A model generated the notes under the pieces. It ran no database searches and was not told where the DNA came from. It saw only the letters and a program-made list of their open reading frames with translations. From positions 49,724,001 through 49,788,000 of the forward strand of contig OX597820.1 of the NCBI GenBank assembly GCA_951406725.2: DNA of 64,000 nt. Direction: 5' to 3'. A program made the translations under genes and the position numbers. Source of the DNA: Octopus vulgaris (Eukaryota). This document shows, one piece after another, positions 58,227-64,000 of this stretch (position 1 is the stretch's first letter; each line of letters opens with the position of its first letter).

Positions 58227-58372
58227 AAGGCGCGTGACTTAGTGGTTAGAGTGTCAGCACCATCATCGTAAGGTTGTGGTTTCGATTCCAGGACCGGGCG
58301 ACGCGTTGTGTTCTCGAGCAAAACACCTCATTTCACGTTGCTCTAGTCCACTCAGCTGGCAAAAATGAGTAA
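58227..58372 (+). mobile_element. tRNA-headed SINE fragment
   Basis: GAAGGCGCGTGACTTAGTGGTTAGAG..GGTTTCGATTCC. A related inverted head lies at ~58540-58630. Confidence 0.65.
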
Positions 58373-59835
58373 TTACATAATACCAGAAAGCATTACTGCT
58401 TCCCAATACAGCGCTCATGTATTAAGAGTAAAGTTTCTTCCCGAGTTATATAGATTCATAGAGCCAGTTTACCGGTTTCTATTGCGTATATATTCCCCAC
58501 CTGGACAGGACGCCTGGACAGGACAACGTGAAGTGAAGTGTTTTGCTCGAGAACACAACGCATTCAGGAATCGAAACCACAATCTTACGCTCATGAGTCC
58601 AATATCTTAACTACTAAGCCACGCATCTCCACCCCAGCCCCCATAAATGACTCTAAAATAAGGATTTCTGATTTAGGCACAGAGTTACAAATTTTAAGCC
58701 AAGGAGTTAAACGATTTGGTCGATTCCTCACATTTTGACTGGAAGTCGATTTGCCATTTATCCTGAAGGCATATAGGGCAAGTTTTGACCTCGGGAAGGT
58801 TTGAACTCTGAATTTTAAGAGCCAGAAAATATTTAGGAAGATATATTTCCGACATTATATCGATTCTAAGAGCTCGGCGCCTTGTGAGTTTAATATAATG
58901 AAATTTTAAATAGTTGTTAGAATAAATGAAAAGGTTGGACTTCTTTGATTTGTGTTGCAGTTGATGACGCCGAGCCTCTATTTACTAAGTAGCAAGAGAA
59001 GGCTCTACTTTGAAGTTAACTTATAATGTTCATTAACATCAAACGAGAGCTTCGAGAAAATTATTCGATGTACCCGACTACATCATCTGTCGAAAGTGTG
59101 AAATACTTTCAAATATTGTAACCAGGATTTTAATTTTCATTATTTTAGATTTTTGCTAACATGACTTCTATAAAGTTAATCGCTCGAAAAATTGGCGTAT
59201 CATGTTGCAATCCCTTTTATCAACACTGGATTATAACTGCCACGATACATTACGAACTTAGGTGTGTATATTTGTTTGAAAGAACTATATGTGTGTGAAT
59301 TTATATATATATATATTTGCACACATCCACACACACGCATATATATCCGCACATACGCGCTCCTCCTAAGTATAAGCGGACGAAGCAGATGAGATGCGAT
59401 ATATACATACATACATACATACATACACACATACACACATACACACATACATACATACATATATATATATTATATACATATACATATATATATTAATTAA
59501 TAATAATAATAATATTAGGGAGTAAATCCAAACTTACAGGGAGAAATTAGATTTAGATTAAATCTAATTTTATAGTATAAATATATATTTTATTAAATTA
59601 GAGATAAAATCACTATTAGGCAAATCAAACAGTGAAAATCATAAGCCAATACATAGAAATAAAATTAATTTAAAAAAATATATAAAATATAAAAAATATA
59701 AAATTCCAAATTAAAATATTTAAATTAAAGTTAAAATTTTAAAAATTATTTAAATAATTTAAACTTATAAATTTTAAATATATATATATATATATATTAT
59801 TTTATTTTATTTTATTTTATTTATTTATTTATTTA

Positions 59836-60148
59836 TTGCGGTTTTGGTAGACGGAAGCTGAAAGAAGCTCGCCGTATGTGTGTGTGTGATATATATATAT
59901 AAATGCGTGTGTGTGTGTGTGTGTGTGTGTGCGTGTGTATGTGTGTGTTTGTATCCCAGTCGCCGCTTAGCAACCAGTGTCGGTGTGCTCATGTCCCTGT
60001 AACCTAGCGGTTCTACAAAGAAGCATGATAAAACTAGTACAGGGCTTAAAAATATATACTGGGATCGATGATTCATTCGACTAAAATTTCAAGGTGCTAC
60101 CCCCAACATGACTGCAGTCTAATGACCGAAAAAAGTAAAAGATAAAAG
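59836..60148 (+). mobile_element. SINE family A, 5'-truncated and diverged
   Basis: TTGGTAGACGGAAGCTGAAAGAAGC..TAGCGGTTC..AAGTAAAAGATAAAAGA. Confidence 0.7.
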
Positions 60149-60184
60149 ATATATATATATATATACATCGATTATATGATTTCA

Positions 60185-61455
60185 TATTTTGGAATAAGGC
60201 TTGTACTTTCGGGGTTGTGGTCATGTCGATTACACCGACTCTACTGCTCAAATGGTACTTCTTTTTTCACGTCGAAAAGGATAAAAGGCAAAATCGACCT
60301 CGGGGCTTTGATCCCAGAATTTATAAACTGGCGATATTCCGCTAAGCATTTTTGTCCGACGTGTTAACGATTCCGTGAGTTCGTGGCGTTTATTACTAAC
60401 TATAATACTTTCACAGGCATAATGCCAGCAGTTTTTTAGGGGAGGGAGAAGTCGAGTAGATGGACTCTAGAACATGACTGGTATTTACTTTACTGACCCC
60501 GAAAGGATGAAAGGCAGGATCGACCTGGGTTGAATTCGAACTCAGAACGTAAAAACAGACGAAATGCCGCTAAATATTCTATCCGGCGGGCTAATCATTC
60601 TACCAGCTTTCCGCCTTATTACTAACTGTAATAATGATTTCAAATTTTTTGCACAAGGAGGGCAATTTCAGAGGAAGGGTTAAATTCTATCACATCAGCC
60701 CCAGTGATCACATCAACCCTAGTGATTTTATCGACTCACGAAGGATGAAATGCAAAGTCTGCTTCGTCGGAATTTGAACTCAGAACATAAATATTGGCGA
60801 AACGCCGCTAAGCATTTTGCCCGGCATTCTAATGACTGCCAGCCCGCCGCCTTTGGTTTACTAACTGTTATAATCCTTTCTACTATAGGTACAAAGCTTG
60901 AAATATCCGGGAAGGGGACAAGTCAATTACCTTATTTTATCGACTGCGAAATAGTGAAAAGTAAAATCGACCCTGAAGGGATGAAAGGCTAAGTCGACCT
61001 CGGCAGAACGTAGCGGTAGACAAAATACCTATTTCTTTACTACTCACAAGGGGCTAAACACAGAGAGGACAAAGAAAGACAGACAAACTGATTAAGTCGA
61101 TTATATCGACCCCAGTGCGTAACTGGTACTTATTTAATCGACCCCAAAAGTATGAAAGGCAAAGTCGACTTCGGCGTAATTTGAACTCAGAATGTAGCGG
61201 CAGACAAAATACCGCTGAGCATTTTGCCCGGCGTGCTAACGATTCTGCCAGCTCGCCGCCGTTAATTTACTAACTGTACTAATCTTTTCTACTAAAGGCT
61301 CAAGGCCTGAAATTTGGTGGGTGGGGTCAAGTCGATTACATCGATCCCAGTGTTTCACTGATACTAAATTTAGCGACCCGGAAAGGATGAAAGGTAAAGT
61401 CGAGCTCGGCAGAAATTTGAACTGCCAGCTCTCCGTCTATATAATTTACTAACTA
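60185..61455 (-). mobile_element. Serial array of SINE family B copies of differing divergence
   Basis: Five or more units, each followed on the plus strand by a TTACTAACT spacer motif. Confidence 0.8.
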
Positions 61456-62020
61456 CCACCCGCCTCCTGTCACTAACATCACCCCCGTTGCCGCCTCCAT
61501 CTTCATCAGCAGCAGCAGCAGCACTATCACCACCACCACCACCACCACCGACAACAACAACAAAAGCAACATAAAAATCATCACCGCCATCCTCAACACC
61601 ACCGCCATTGTCACTCCTAAACAATACATGAAATACATCAAAAATAAGTACGTCACAAGTACCGGCGCACAATGTTAAATAATCCATTTTACTATCCGCC
61701 TTCTTTGATATGAAGCTGTTAAATAGTTAAGCAGTCAAATATATGTGCCATGCGACGTTACACACAACTGAATGGAAGGACTGCTCGAGAAAGATGTCTA
61801 GAATATTGTCGACAAACGTCTCCAGCTTTGAAGTGTATCAATTCATTTTATATCACACACACACACACATACATACACACACAAGGCAGTGCACAGAGAC
61901 AAGGAGAGAAAGAGAGAGATATACAAAAACACGCATCAAAACGTTCATAGTTAGATACATGTAAATATCTTTATACTTATACATACGTATATATATGTAT
62001 ACATATACATATATATATGT

Positions 62021-62052
<32 letters not shown>

Positions 62053-62058
<6 letters not shown>

Positions 62059-62355
62059 ATCACGTGACCGACCAATCCATCAGATGTAGTTACACATCGC
62101 TGGTCACAATGCGTTCGCATTGTTTTAGCCTTCGAATGACGCCACCCCGCTGACTAAGCGAGCAGGCCAACAGAAGAAAGAGTGGGAGAAAGAGTGGTGA
62201 AAGAGTACAGCAGGGATCACCACCCCCTGCCGGAGCCTTGTAGAGCTTTTAGGTGTTTTCGCTGAATAAACACTCACAACGCCCGGTCTGGGAATCGAAG
62301 CCGCGATCCTACGACCGCGAGTCCGCTGCCCTAACCACTGGGCCATTGCGCCTCC
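62053..62355 (-). mobile_element. tRNA-derived SINE family C, full length, within (TA)n
   Basis: Head GGAGGCGCAATGGCCCAGTGGTTAGGGCAGCGGACTCGCGGTC..TTCGATTCCC. Homologous to 43165-43470. Confidence 0.88.
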
Positions 62356-62375
62356 ATATATATATATATATATAC

Positions 62376-62440
<65 letters not shown>

Positions 62441-62599
62441 CGTGTATATATATATATATATATATATATTTGTTTTCCGTGAAAGTTTGGCGCGCTGTTG
62501 GTTGGGGCATTTGAATTATAACGTCGGATGTAATCAATTGAACCACACGCGTATTTATCGTTATGGTAAAATCTGGCGTGTGATTGAGTGGATTTCATC

Positions 62600-62696
62600 C
62601 AGATAGTTTTGGCTGACGAGCTACAAATGGATTTTTTTTGTAAGTAAAATTACATTTAATTCATTAATAGCGAAACAATTGTCCCAAAATAATCTG
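62600..62696 (+). ncRNA. Type I hammerhead ribozyme, copy 1
   Basis: CAGAT-A-GTTTTGG-CTGACGA-GCTA...TAGC-GAA-ACAATTGT-C|CCAAAAT-A-ATCTG. GUC site after 62683. Confidence 0.9.
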
Positions 62697-63135
62697 TATT
62701 TTTGTTATTTTTTATTTGCCCTGTCCGTGTGAGCTAACAATCGTACTGACTTTCATGGGAAACATGTATTTTCGTGGTTGAAACCTTTTGGATTAACTGG
62801 TGCTAGAGTGAGCAATATAGTGACCACTCTCTTATATTTATTTTGTAAAAATATTATAATATGTTATAAAATATTATAATAATCCAGGTTTCTCGGAGCA
62901 CTAGGCCACTTGGTGTTGAATAAATATACTATTAAATTAGTATCTAATTCTCTCACCCTTATTAATTAATTATAATTATGCTGCATTTATTTCTAAATGC
63001 TGTATTTGTTTTCCGTGAAAGTTTGGCGCGCTGTTGGTTGGGGCATTTGAATTATAACGTCGGATGTAATCAATTGAACCACACGCGTATTTATCGTTAT
63101 GGTAAAATCTGGCGTGTGATTGAGTGGATTTCATC

Positions 63136-63232
63136 CAGATAGTTTTGGCTGACGAGCTACAAATGGATTTTTTTTGTAAGTAAAATTACATTTAATTCAT
63201 TAATAGCGAAACAATTGTCCCAAAATAATCTG
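63136..63232 (+). ncRNA. Type I hammerhead ribozyme, copy 2
   Basis: Identical motif to copy 1. Predicted cleavage after 63219. Confidence 0.9.
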
Positions 63233-63671
63233 TATTTTTGTTATTTTTTATTTGCCCTGTCCGTGTGAGCTAACAATCGTACTGACTTTCATGGGAAACA
63301 TGTATTTTCGTGGTTGAAACCTTTTGGATTAACTGGTGCTAGAGTGAGCAATATAGTGACCACTCTCTAATATTTATTTTGTAAAAATATTATAATATGT
63401 TATAAAATATTATAATAATCCAGGTTTCTCGGAGCACTAGGCCACTTGGTGTTGAATAAATATACTATTAAATTAGTATCTAATTCTCTCACCCTTATTA
63501 ATTAATTATAATTATGCTGCATTTATTTCTAAATGCTGTATTTGTTTTCCGTGAAAGTTTGGCGCGCTGTTGGTTGGGGCATTTGAATTATAACGTCGGA
63601 TGTAATCAATTGAACCACACGCGTATTTATCGTTATGGTAAAATCTGGCGTGTGATTGAGTGGATTTCATC

Positions 63672-63768
63672 CAGATAGTTTTGGCTGACGAGCTACAAAT
63701 GGATTTTTTTTGTAAGTAAAATTACATTTAATTCATTAATAGCGAAACAATTGTCCCAAAATAATCTG
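63672..63768 (+). ncRNA. Type I hammerhead ribozyme, copy 3
   Basis: Identical motif to copy 1. Predicted cleavage after 63755. Confidence 0.9.
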
Positions 63769-63915
63769 TATTTTTGTTATTTTTTATTTGCCCTGTCCGT
63801 GTGAGCTAACAATCGTACTGACTTTCATGGGAAACATGTATTTTCGTGGTTGAAACCTTTTGGATTAACTGGTGCTAGAGTGAGCAATATAGTGACCACT
63901 CTCTTATATTTATTT

Positions 63916-64000
<85 letters not shown>

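Larger units (their letters stand above)
62467..63918 (+). repeat. 536-bp tandem repeat (~2.7 near-identical copies), each with a hammerhead
   Basis: TGTTTTCCGTGAAAG recurs at 62471, 63007 and 63543. Bounded by (TA)n on both sides. Confidence 0.97.

Noticed and set aside
60185-61455. Repeat-spacer appearance suggesting CRISPR
   Set aside because: The long units are homologous SINE copies, the context is eukaryotic, and there are no cas genes.
62280-62355. tRNA gene-like sequence (also 43400-43470, 56023-56073, 58227-58300)
   Set aside because: These are SINE heads or head fragments. They mostly continue into repeat bodies, and a complete cloverleaf is not supported.

Overview
AT-rich, microsatellite-dense eukaryotic non-coding DNA. 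The tRNA-derived SINE families and repeat landscape most resemble an octopus/cephalopod genome; this is inference, not checked by search. No host protein-coding gene is convincingly present, and almost all ORFs in the track are simple-repeat translations. The window is a mosaic of transposon relics: a 5'-truncated Dong/R4 LINE in an (AAT)n tract, a 2.1-kb Helitron derivative with both termini and a Pif1 helicase, several Tc1/mariner, MULE, Merlin-like, RTE, LTR and Penelope-like (PLE) pieces, and three SINE families, two regions of which form serial arrays. The most notable signal is RNA-level. About seven sequence-distinct type I hammerhead ribozyme (HHR) motifs can be read from the DNA, nearly all next to simple-repeat tracts, mostly (TA)n. 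These include a near-identical 536-bp, ORF-less tandem array with one canonical HHR per unit (62467-63918), a candidate retrozyme-like circular-RNA system. Several fold-back (palindromic) PLE-type insertions are also present, one of which places two hammerheads back-to-back on opposite strands.
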